Source: Isurus oxyrinchus (Eukaryota). Taken from it: 64,000 bases of DNA. Shown in pieces: positions 38,401 to 50,400 of this stretch. The stretch lies in NCBI GenBank assembly GCA_026770705.1, contig JANJGN010000021.1, positions 79,608,001 through 79,672,000 of the forward strand, read 5' to 3'. Position numbers and translations under genes: made by a program. How positions within the stretch are numbered: position 1 is the first letter of the stretch; each line of letters begins with the position of its first letter. The notes below the pieces were generated by a model. It was not told the origin of the DNA. It worked only from the letters and a program-made list of their open reading frames with translations, and searched no databases.

Positions 38401-41400
38401 TGCACAAGAGAACTGAGAATCTGTAGACAGTGAGCTCAGAGGAGAAAGGGGATGTGCAAGGTGCTGACTGTACTAGACCTCCAAGCACACTCCCACCCTG
38501 TTCCAAAGGGTACTCAAATCCCAGCACTGTAGGGTCTTTTTGTCTAATGGTTAATGTTGTCACATCCTTTCCAAGTGATTATTACACAGGTCCCTGTGAA
38601 TGTGAGCTTAAAGGGACTGACTTCAGCATCCTCAGTGGAAGAGCTGTCATTATTACTATTACCTTCAACCATCTAATAAACTGCTCTGGGTTGGAAATGT
38701 GCATTACTGGATTTGATGGCATGAGAGAAATTGCCAATACTTTACACCGAAATAAGGAATTTCCAGCACTCATTAACCTATTCATCCAGCTATTTGAGCT
38801 GAGGGGTAATCATGGAGTGATTACAATAATTCCACCATGGGAATTTGGGGGACAGAGGAAAGGAGGAGCAGAGTGGGCTCACTGCAATTACAAGTTTAAA
38901 TTCTCAATGTTTACTGAGCTACCATTTCTAGTTAATCACAGGAAGGGATAGATGTTTGGTCCCTGCAGGATGTGTTGAGTAGCAGATGCTATCCCAGACA
39001 AAAATCAACCGTGGGAAATGTCTCCAACTGAGATTACTACAGCTTAAGATATCAGAGGGGGCTTTGGACACAATTGACATCACTATGCAGAATTCTGGAA
39101 CAAACATTTGAGAATATTCATTCCACTGAGATAGGGAGCAGACACTAGTAAGGGAGTGCAAGTTCACAGGTGGTCAAGGGAGGGATTATAGTGACACCTA
39201 AACCAAAAAACAAGGTTCAAGTGTTGGCAGGGGTAATTAATGATTCAGACAGGAATGCCGTAATAAGAAAACTTGATACTTAGAGTGGGTAGAACGATGG
39301 GCATCATTTGCAATCCAGATTTGGTGCTGTTGTCCCTTATCCTAGCTCCTAGGAGTCATTTTGTAAATATAATGGCCAGGGACAGCCACATGGAGCTACT
39401 GGAGATAGGAAAAGGCAGTTGTGAAGGATGGTAATCTCTGGATGCCAGCTATGATCCAGGATAGGAAGATCAGGAAGTTCAACATATGGCTAATTTTAAA
39501 ATTCTCTTTAATGGGATGTGGGTTGTGCTAGATAGGCCAGCATTTATTGCCCATCCCCAATTGCCCTTAAGGTGGTGAGCTACCTTCTTGAGCTGCTGCA
39601 ATCCACGTTGTGTAGGTACACCCAGTGTTGTTAGGGAGTGCCAGGATTTTGGCCCAACAGTGAAGGAACAGCAATATATTTCCAAGTCAGAATGGTGAGT
39701 GATTTGGAGGGGAACTTGCAGATGGCATTCCCATGTGTCTGCTGCCCTTGTCCTTCTAGATGGTAGTGGTCATGGGTTTGGAAGGTGCTGTTAAGGAGCC
39801 TTGGTGAGCTAGTGCTGTATATCTTGTAGATAGTGGCTGCTGCCACTGTCAGTGGATGGCAGAGACATTGAAGGGGGTGGAAGGGGTACCAATCAAGCTG
39901 GCTGCTTTGTCCGGGATGGTGTCAAGCGTCTTCTATTGCTGGAGCTGCACATCCAGGCAACTGGAGAGAAATGTTCTATTTAATGGGGTATTGACACTAG
40001 CTTTGGGAAGGATAGATAACACTTGAACAGGACAAGTGCTAATGAAATAGAGAAAAAATAAAAAGAATTATTTAAACCAACAAGAAAGCACAAGGAAAAT
40101 AAAACAATTCAGAATGAACAAAGGTTGTTCTAAATATAGATTTGGAAGTATAAATAGAAGGTAAGCATGCAATTTGCACAGTTTAGGTTTAAAAACTTAT
40201 TTAAAATGTTGCACATCAAATGGATCAAGTCATAAAATACTGGGTTTTATGGTCATAGATATCAAATATAAAAGCTGAGATGCAAGGGTTTGTGTTTAAA
40301 GCTCTACAACCCATTTGCAAAAGCTGTAGTATGTTATACTATGTCTCTTACCCCAGTCAACACTCCTGGGCTCATTCAGGCTGATGTGTTCCACGCGGCA
40401 GGTATATTTATCCCCAGACACTGGTTGATATTGGAGGAGTTCCTCCACTTGATAGGTCCAGTCACCATCTGATAACAGGGCAGTGTTGAGGACACTATCA
40501 GGAAGTGGCACACCATTTTTCAGCCACGTGACTTTGATTTTGGAAGGGTAAAATCCAGTGACACGACACGAGAGCAGGGCCGACTGTCCAGAATGTTGGG
40601 AGATTTTAGGTCGGACTGTGACTGTAGGTTTGACTGGAACAGAAAGAAAGAGGTAACTTTAGAATCCAAGAAAAGCAGAGTATAATGATAATAAATGATT
40701 TCTTTCATGTCTGATTCGCTCAGCCACTGATATCGGTCTACAGTTAATATCAGACAATATCCTTGTCTATAAGTTTCATTCTTAATTTTGATGAAGATCA
40801 ATCTATGGAAAAAAGGCAGGGATTTCCATTGACTAATGACAGATATATTGTAAACTATTTGCAGTACCAAATATTCACGGTGCAAAAACCTCTGCATAAC
40901 CCACACCAGGGAAGTGATGTTAGATTCACTGACTGCAGTCTACACTGGGCTGCACTACCTCCAAACTGAGATCCGTATTGTGTAACCAATTCTGCAGAAA
41001 CATTGGACTCTCATGGCCATGGTTTTATTTGGTTTAGATCTATTAAGTTGAGCAATTATCTTGAATAATAGGAAGCTAATGGGCTTCAGTAGGTTCAGTG
41101 CAACCAGTCTGGTTCCAATGCATTTGGCTGAACACTGAGCAGCACTGACATGGTTAACAGGAGGAGGCAGAGGTCTCTGGGTAACTCAGCAGCTAAACCT
41201 CCCAGGCCATCATCACAACTGGCCAATGCAATACTAGCAAGAGAGCAGGTCCTGGTAGCCACCAATTTATTGACACCTTGATGATAGAAAGGCCATCTTC
41301 AGATGCTGCAGAAGGTGCTAAGGAGCCAACCACATCCCAGGATCCCTCCCAAGGATCTGCCTTCCACTGGGGCAGCACAAGTGGAAATTAGAGACCTTCA

Positions 41401-44400
41401 CATTATCACCATGGGAGGAACCAAACCATTAAAGGCGTCTACCAAATAAACTAGGCCCATGGATTGAACCTTGGTGCTGCAGTTTGTTTCATCCCACATT
41501 ACTGTTTCAGGCTATAACTGAATATGTGGAGATGGGGGGGTGGGGGGGACAGTACTGGCACTGGGTAATACATGGGGGATGGAGACAGCAACAATAGTGC
41601 AGTATAATGGAGAATGTTAGACTAAGTCCCATAGAGGGTTGACTGTAATAGTCTGATGTCATGGAAAGAAGTGACAGACTCTGATCACAAGTGCAAGAGA
41701 AGGAGCATGAAAAGGAGCTAGTGTAGGGAATGCAGCAAGTCCTCACTAAGTCAGCCCACTTAGCATTGACTTTAATGCCATTTATTCTTGTGTCTTTTCA
41801 ATTTACATTGCCATTTAATGTTGTCTGCACCCATCCCCCAACCATGCTGCACTCTGGGCCAGCCACTGCCATGCTCTGATGCCAGAGACACCAGTCACCA
41901 GAGACCCAGGCTGTGGAGAGAGAGCAAGGCCTGAGATCTAGGAGCAGAAGTGCTTGGCTGGGATGGGGAAGCTGCCAGTCACCAATTGGTGATGAACTGC
42001 AAGTAACCCAGGCCAGCTGCAACCCCTCTGGCTTCTCCCACAACCTTCTGAAAACTGAGGAAGGGGTCCAGGCTGGAGGAGAGGGGCTTGGAAGTTGGAG
42101 AAATACAATTCCCACTGTTCTCCCCACCACTCCCAAAGAATCACTCAACAGCTTCTCCCCCTCATTCAAGCAACTCCTGCCCCATATCCAAGCTCACTCT
42201 GGCCCTCCCACTCCTTTGTACTTCTGTGAAACAGCTTCACCAGAATGTCAACCTCACCAGGCTGGGTAAAAAAAGTCAAAAATTTCCTTTTGGTAAATCT
42301 GGCATTACATAAAAGTACCCTTTTAAGACAACACATTGAAGATGGTAGGGCATTGAGGAGGCAGTTAATAAGGCATATAGTATCTTAGGCTTTAATAGGG
42401 GCATTGAGTACAGAGTAAGGAGGTCACGTTGAACTTATATAAGACACTAGTTATGCCTCATCTGGAGTACTGCATCCAGTTCTGGGCGCTGTACTGAGGA
42501 TGTGAAGACATTGGAGAGTGTACAGAGGAGATTCACAAGAGTGATTCCAGGCATAAAGAACTGTAGCTATGAGATAGATTGGAGGGGTTGGGCTTGTTTT
42601 CCTTAGAGAAGAAAGGAGGATGAGAGGAGACTTGATTGAGGTATTCAAGATCCTGAGGGTGTGGACAGGGGAAATAGTGAGAAACTGTTTCCACTCAAGA
42701 GCATCAAGAACTAGAGGGCACAGATTCAAAATAATTGGCAAAAGGAGTAAAAGTGATGCAAGGAAATTTTTTCATGCAAAGGGTGGCTGGAGTCTGGAAC
42801 AAACTTCAAGAGGGTGGTGGAGGCAGGTTCAATTGAGATATTCAAAAGGTTTGCTATCTGAAAAGAGAACATGCAAGGTTACAGAGATAAGGCAGGGGAG
42901 TGGAACCAGAGAGAATGCCCTTCTGAGTGCCAGTGCAGACATGGGTTGAAGGACCTTTTGCACTGTAAACGTTCTGATATGCTTTACCTTGGGAGCAAAA
43001 GTACTGCACATTGGGAACCACCTAACTAGCTAAACTGTTCTTCAAAAGCCAAAATGGACATGACAGGCCGAATGGCCTCCATCTGTGCTTTAACCATTCT
43101 ATGACTCAAGAACATGAATTGGAGTCAACAGGGGCCTGAAACAGCAATTTGACTTGTTTGAGCGCTCGGAGGAACATCCTAACCTCAACCCCACCCTCAT
43201 CAGCCACAATAACTTTGAAGAGGGGGCAGTGCGACACTGGAACAGAGCCCAAAGAGCCCTGCAGCAAGGGACGTACCAGAGAAATGTGCAAGAATATCCT
43301 CGAACGGAAGTGGGACAGTCGCAGGGGGCATGGGGAAAAGAGGGAGAAGAGTCACTCTGGGGCATAGGCCGTAGCCTCACTTCACAAAGGCCGTGACAGG
43401 GGGAATGCGGGTCAGCGTGGGGGTGGGACACAGGCCCCCGCTCCCCCCGGGTCAGCGTGGGGGGACGGGGGGGGGGACACAGGCCCCCGCTCCCCCCGGG
43501 TCAGCGTGGGGGGGGGGGGGGGGGGGGGGGGACACAGGCCCCCGCTCCCCCCGGGTCAGCGTGGGGGGGGGGGGGGGGGGGGGAGACACAGGCCCCCGCT
43601 CCCCCCGGGTCAGCGTGGGGGGGGGGGGGGGGGGGGGGACACAGGCCCCCGCTCCCCCCGGGTCAGCGTGGGGGGGGGGGGGGGACACAGGCCCCCGCTC
43701 CCCCCGGGTCAGCGTGGGGGGGGGGGGGGACACAGGCCCCCGCTCCCCCCGGGTCAGCGTGGGGGGGGGGGGGGACACAGGCCCCCGCTCCCCCCGGGTC
43801 AGCGTGGGGGGGGGGGGGGGACACAGGCCCCCGCTCCCCCCGGGTCAGCGTGGGGGGGGGGGGGGACACAGGCCCCCGCTCCCCCCGGGTCAGCGTGGGG
43901 GGGGGGGGGGGACACAGGCCCCCGCTCCCCCCGGGTCAGCGTGGGGGGGGGGGGGGGGGACACAGGCCCCCGCTCCCCCCGGGTCAGCGTGGGGGGGGGG
44001 GGGGACACAGGCCCCCGCTCCCCCCGGGTCAGCGTGGGCGGGGGGACACAGGCCCCCGCTCCCCCCGGGTCAGCGTGGGCGGGGGGACACAGGCCCCCGC
44101 TCCCCCCGTGGGGGGGGGGGGGGGGGGGACACAGGGCCTCCTGACATTCAGCACCGCTCCCCACCCGGTTGCAGAGGTGCCCGGTGACAGGGAGTGTCCG
44201 GTGGGTGGATGGTGCCGGCTTCCCCCGCCCCCGGTGCTGGGGGGGGGGGGGGGGGGGGGGGGGGCGGTGACAGACAGGTCACAGTGAGGGGCTTCCCCCA
44301 ACCCCCTCCCGGGTCTCACCTCCTCCACCCACCAGCTCCCCCCGGGTCTAACCTCCTCCACCCACCAGCTCCCCCCGGGTCTCACCTCCTCCACCCCCAC

Positions 44401-47400
44401 CCCCCCCCACCCACCCCCCCCGGGTCTCACCTCTCCGGGTCAGAACCTCACTCTCATAGATCGGAATGTTATTCTGACAGACGCCGATCGCTTCCTGGTA
44501 CGTCGCTTCCGCGCTCTCTTGATTCCATCTGTCCACATTACTCTTCGTCCAATCCTTCACCGCGATGTACTTCTTCTGGGCAAAGTCGAAATACACGATC
44601 AGCTCTTGATCATAGACAAACTGATAAATAGAGGTCCAGGTCCCGGTGCTGTTAAACTTACATCCGAAAATCCGGTTATAGGTGTGAGCCCCTGAGAGAG
44701 AGAGAGAGAGAGAGAGAGAGTTACTGACCGACACACCCGACCCCAGGGTGGGGATAAAATCCTCTGGTCCGAAGCGACTCCTTCACGGGGAGGGAAATCA
44801 AACTTCACTCGGGGCTCGGGGGCGGCGCAATTCGGGCAGCTCCCATTGCCGGGGGGGTGGGCTCAGCCTTCAAACCGGGCCCCGTCTCTAACCCAGCAGC
44901 AGGAAGGCGGAGGCCAGTCCCCAGCCCATCCCGAGGGGGCGGGGTGGGGGGGGTTGGGAACCGATCACTGCATCACTGGAAACTTGTGTTTCTCCCATTC
45001 ATTCAGTCTCGGCACCCGAGTCTCACTGATGCAGCAAGCATGCCAGCTACAACTGGAATGACAGCAGGAAATGGGCCATCCCACCCAAACCACAAATCCA
45101 AGTCGTTCTGCATTCTAAAGGGACCATTCCTTCCACAACACCCTGGTCCACTCCTCAATCACTCGTCCCCTTCCCACAGCACCTTTGCAAACACAGGAAA
45201 TGCAACACCAACCCTTCTCACCAAGGACCAAACTCCACTCCCAGCTGGATCAGCAATTTACTCTTTCAAATTAGTATATTGCACAATGTAGTCCTCTACA
45301 TGCCACCCAATCTGCATTTTATATCCCCAATGTTCCTTCTAATTGTCCCAACGTGTGGAATCAGTTTTGTGTACTCGACCAGAAAACAAAACTATTACCC
45401 AGATCAGGCCTGCACATGACTCCAGACCTACAGCAATGTAGTTGACTTGTAACTACTGAGCTCGCCTAGCAAGTCACCCAGTCGTCAAGGGGCAGCTCAC
45501 CACCACCTTCAAGGTGACTTAGGGATGGGCAATAAATGCTGGCCTAGCCAGTTACACCCACATCCTGTAAAAAAAAACTTAACTGTCTTTGGGATATCCT
45601 GAGATGTCCCAAGGTGCTACAAAATTGCAAATTCTTCGGAATGGTTACAGCACAGAAGGGGGTCATTCAGTCCACCATGCCTATGCTGGCTGCCTTCTTC
45701 AGCAACCCAGTTAGTCCCACTGTCCTGCCATTTCCCACACTTGAATTAGTCTCCACCATAATCCCAGACAGTGCATTCCAGATCTTACTTGCTGCAGAAA
45801 AAGCTTCACCACCTGTTGCCATTGGGTCTTTTGATAATCATCTTAAATCAGTGTCCTCCAGTTCCCAGCCTGCCCACCAATGGGAACAGATTCTGTGCCT
45901 TCCTCAGACCTGTTCAAAATGAGGGGGTCTATCAAATTGCCTCTAATATCTTCTCTTCTCCAAGGAGAAGAGCTCCAGCATCTGTCCACATAACCGAAGT
46001 CCCTCATCCCAGGAATCACTTGTAAATGGTGTTACTATGTACAGAAACTGAGGCAAATCTGCAGTGGAATGGGAGTTCTTCTAGTCAGGATTTTTGCAGG
46101 TATTTACATTGTTTGAGAAACCTTGTTGCCCTGCATAGCTAGTATTCCTTATGTTATTCATAGTTCTTATTGATTAAAACATGATTTACAGTTGAGGGTT
46201 TGCTGGTTGTGTATTATGTTTGAAGATTAATTGTTAGAGTTGACTATGTAATGGCAGAGTAGGATGCCCCATATTGCTGAAATACTTATTCCAGCCAACA
46301 CTACACCCTCAAGAAAACAAAATTAAGAGCTAAGAAGAGTCTCAATTGATCAAGCTTGTCATTACCTTGTCAATAACAATTAAATACTGTTTTCTGACAG
46401 CCATTTGGTTCTATAAAGGGAGGACGAGGCAACCATGGCTGACAAGGGAAGTCAGGGACAGCATAAAAGCTAAAGAGAAAGCATAAAATGCAGCGAAGAG
46501 CAGTGGAAAACCAGGAGATTGGGAAGCTTACAAAGGCCAACAGAGGACAACTAAAAAAGAAATGAGGGAGAAGATTAAATATAAGGGTAAACGAGCCAAT
46601 ATAAAATGAGTTTTTTTAAAGATATATAAAGGGTAAGAGGCAAAAGTGGACATTGGGCCACTGGAAAATGACACTGGAGAAGTAGTAGTGGGGAGCAAAG
46701 AAATGGCAGAGGAACTGAATAGGTACTTTGCACCAGTCTTCACAGCGGAAGATATGAGTGACATCTCCAAAGTTCAAGAGAGTTGGGGGGCAGAGGCGAG
46801 TATGGTGGCCATTACCAAGGAGAAGATGCTAGGAAAACTGAAAGGTCTGAAGGTGGATAACTCACCTGGGCCAGATGGATTACACCCCAGAGTTCTGAAG
46901 GAGATAGCTGAAGAGATAGTGGAGGCATTAGTGGTGATCTTTCAGGAATCACTGGAATCAGGGAGGGTTCCAGAGGACTGGAAAATTGCTAATGTAATCC
47001 CCCTGTTTAAGGAGGGAGTGAGGCAAAAGACAGGAAATTACAGGCAGATTAGCCTGACCTCGGTTGTTGGTAAGATTTTAGAGTCCATTATTAAGGATGA
47101 GATTTCAGAATACTTGGAAGTGCAAGGTAAAATAGGGCAAAGTCAGCATGATTGTCAAGGAGAGGTCATGCCTGACAAATCTGTTAGAATTCTTTGAGGA
47201 GGTAACAAGCAGGTTAGTCAAAGGAGAGCCAATGAATGTTATCTACTTGGACTTCCAGAAGGCCTTTGACAAGGTGCCACACAGGAGGCTGCTCAGTAAG
47301 ATAAGAGGCCATAGTGTTAGAGGCAAGGTACTAGCATGGATAGAAGATTGGCTGTCTGGCAGGAAGCAGAGAATGGGGGCAAGGGGGGTCCTTCTCAGGA

Positions 47401-50400
47401 TGGCGGCCGGTGACAAGTGGAGTTCCACAACTTTTCACTTTATACATTAATGATCTAGATGAAGGAACTGAGGGCATCCTGGCTAAGTTTGCAGATGATA
47501 CAAAGATAGGTGGAGGGACAGGTAGTATTGAGGCGGCAGAGAGGCTGCAGAAGGATTTGGACAGGTTAAGAGAATGGGCAAAGAAGTGGCAGATGGAATA
47601 CAATGTGGGGAAGTGTGAGCTCATGCACTTTGGTAGGAAGAATAGAGGCATAAACTATTTTCTAAATGGGGAGAGAATTCAGAAGTCTGGAGTGCAAAGG
47701 GACTTGGGAGTCCTAGTCCAGGATTCTCTTCAGGTTAACTTGCGGGTTGAGTCAGTAGTTAGGAAGGCAAATGCAATGTTGGCATTTATTTCGAGAGGAC
47801 TAGAATATAAAAGCAGGGATGTGCTGCTGAGGCTTTATAAGGTTCTGGTCAGACCACATTTAGAATATTGTGAGCAATTTTGGGCCCCATATCTCAGGAA
47901 GGATGTGCTGGCCCTGGAGAGGGTCCAGAGGAGGTTCACAAGAATGATCCCAGGAATGAAAGGCTTAACATATGAGGAACGTTTGAGGACTCTGGGTCTA
48001 TACTCGATGGAGTTTAGAAGGATGAGGAAGGATCTGATTGAAACTTGCAGAATACTGAAAGGCCTGGATAAAGTGGACATGGGGAAGATGTTTCCATTAG
48101 TAGGAGAGACTAGGACCCAAGGGCACAGTCCCTGAGTAAAGGGAAGACCTTTTAGAACAGATGAGGAGAAACTTCTTTAGCCAGAGAGTGGTGAATCTAT
48201 GGAATTCATTGCCACAGAAGGCTGTAGAAGCCAGGTCATTGAGTGTATTTAAGACAGAGATAGACAGGTTCTTGATTGGTAAGGGGATCAAAGGTTATGG
48301 GGAGAAGGCAGGAGAATGGGGTTGAGAAACTTAGCCATGATTGAATGGTGGAGCAGACTCGATGGGCCGAATGGCCTAATTTCTGCTCCTAGGTCTTATG
48401 GTTTATACTGAAATATCAGAGAGCTGGAAGAATTTAAGCACAAAATGCATCTGGATTTTATTGTTTCTGTTGGGTTTATTGAAACTGTTATTCTTGAAAC
48501 CATTTGTTTTGCAAAAGTCAAATTCCCTAAAACCACTCAACTGTGAAGAAGGTTGCATGACAAAAGCCACTGTCACCAGTCTGGGCAGAGTTAGATGTTA
48601 GCTATTGCAGTTAGCTGGGCAATACAACTTAAAAGTCCCCATTTGAGATTGGTATAAAAACAGATTTAGGCTGATCTGAACACTCTTTAAACTGAAGTCA
48701 AGCCTATCCTGCCTCACAAGCTTATTGACTACAGGGATATTTTCCAAGTCTCCCCCGTGCCAAATCCCTTGACCTGTGAATCAGTAGTTGACAGCTTCTG
48801 AAGCTTAGTCTATTGCAGGTGTTCTGACACTGTTTCCTCACTTTCCAGTGACACTTCAGGACACAGCTGCTCCTCCCTCCAGTTCAATCTTGCTGCTTGC
48901 CCAAAGCTGCCACTTTTTCCACATTCTTGCTCAGGAGGCAGCTGAGATGGATCATCCACTCACTTTTGGCTGAAGATGGCTACAAATGTTTCAACCATGT
49001 CTTTGCACTATGTGCTGGGAATGATGGGATATTTGTGGAGCCTCCTCCAGTTAGTTGTTTAATTGTCCACCTCCCACATCTGGTTCTGAATGGTGGCCTA
49101 CAGAGCTTGCTGCTTTTGTTTGGCATGCATCCCTCATGATGCAGCAGGACTGCAGAGCTTAGATCTGATCTGTTAGTTGTGGGATTGCTTAGTTCTGTCT
49201 CTAGCATGCTGCTTGACATGGGAGTAGTCCTGTGTTGTGGCTTCATCAGGTCGACACCTCATTTTTAGGTATGCCTGGTGCTGTTCCTGGCATGCTGTCC
49301 TGCACTCTTCATTGAACCAGGGCTGATCCCCTGGCTTGACAGTAATAGTAGAGTGGGGGTATGCCAGGTATGAGATTACAGATTGTGTTCAAGTACAGTT
49401 CTGCTGCTGATGGCCCACAGTACCTCATGGATGCTCAGTCTCGAGTTGCTAGATCAGTTCTAAATCTAGCCCATTTAGCACAGTGGTAGTGCCACACAAC
49501 ATGGAGGGTATCCTCAATGTGAAGGCAAGACTTTGCAGTGGTCACTGCTACCAATATTGTCATTGAAAGATGCATCTGCAGCAGGCAGGTTGGTGAGGGT
49601 GAGGTCAAGTATGTTTGTCCCTCACCACCTGCTGCAGACTCATTCTAGCAGCTATGTCCTTTAGCACTCAGCCAGTCAGGCAGTAGTGGTGCTACCGAGC
49701 CACTCAGTGATAGACATTGAAGTCCCCTGCCCAGAGTATATTCTGCACCCTTGGCACCCTCAGTGGTTCCCCCAAGTGGTGTTCAACATGGAGGAGCATT
49801 GATTCATCAGATATGGAGGAAAAATGATAATTTTTCTCCCACTTAAGTTGGGAGAATCAGGAACACTACCTAAAATCTTTTTATGGAATTGGTTTCAGGG
49901 ATTTGGGGAGGTACATTACTGGAGAATTGGAGGGAGAAACTGGCAGGGTTACAGACAGCTAAAGATGGAGGGGGAAAAATACATAGCTAAGCACAAGTGC
50001 TGTTCCAAAAGAGCCAGCATAGGCACAACAGGGTGAATGGCCTAGTCTGCATGAATTCCATAAACATCATTAATGTTGCTTTATAGTAGTTTACTGTACA
50101 GAACACAAGCTTGAGGGGGAAGACAGTGATCTGATGTCTGTGGGAATGATCTAAGTGGGATGAGATTACAAAGATCACATTAGACTTGTGCAGTGACAAC
50201 AATTATTGGGGTTTGGTGGATAACATGTCCAGCATTTAAACTTTCTATTACTCCATGAGGGCGTATACAAGGAGGCGCTCAGGTTTTGTAGTCAGAAAGT
50301 CAACCCCAGAGATCTGGGGAAGTCAAGATTCAAGGAGACTAATCAGCTGTAAAAGGTCAAAAGAATTTTGACATGGTCCCATTCTTCTGGTTCTTCCTGG

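Noticed and set aside
38430-38951. 173-aa ORF
   Set aside because: Antisense within intron 3, non-ATG start, no motifs.
43408-44135. Repeat-spacer pattern resembling a CRISPR array
   Set aside because: Spacers are only poly-G, there are no cas genes, and the context is a eukaryotic intron.
43393-44631. Long Gly/Pro-rich ORFs in several frames
   Set aside because: By-product of the stop-free GC minisatellite and the antisense of exon 2.
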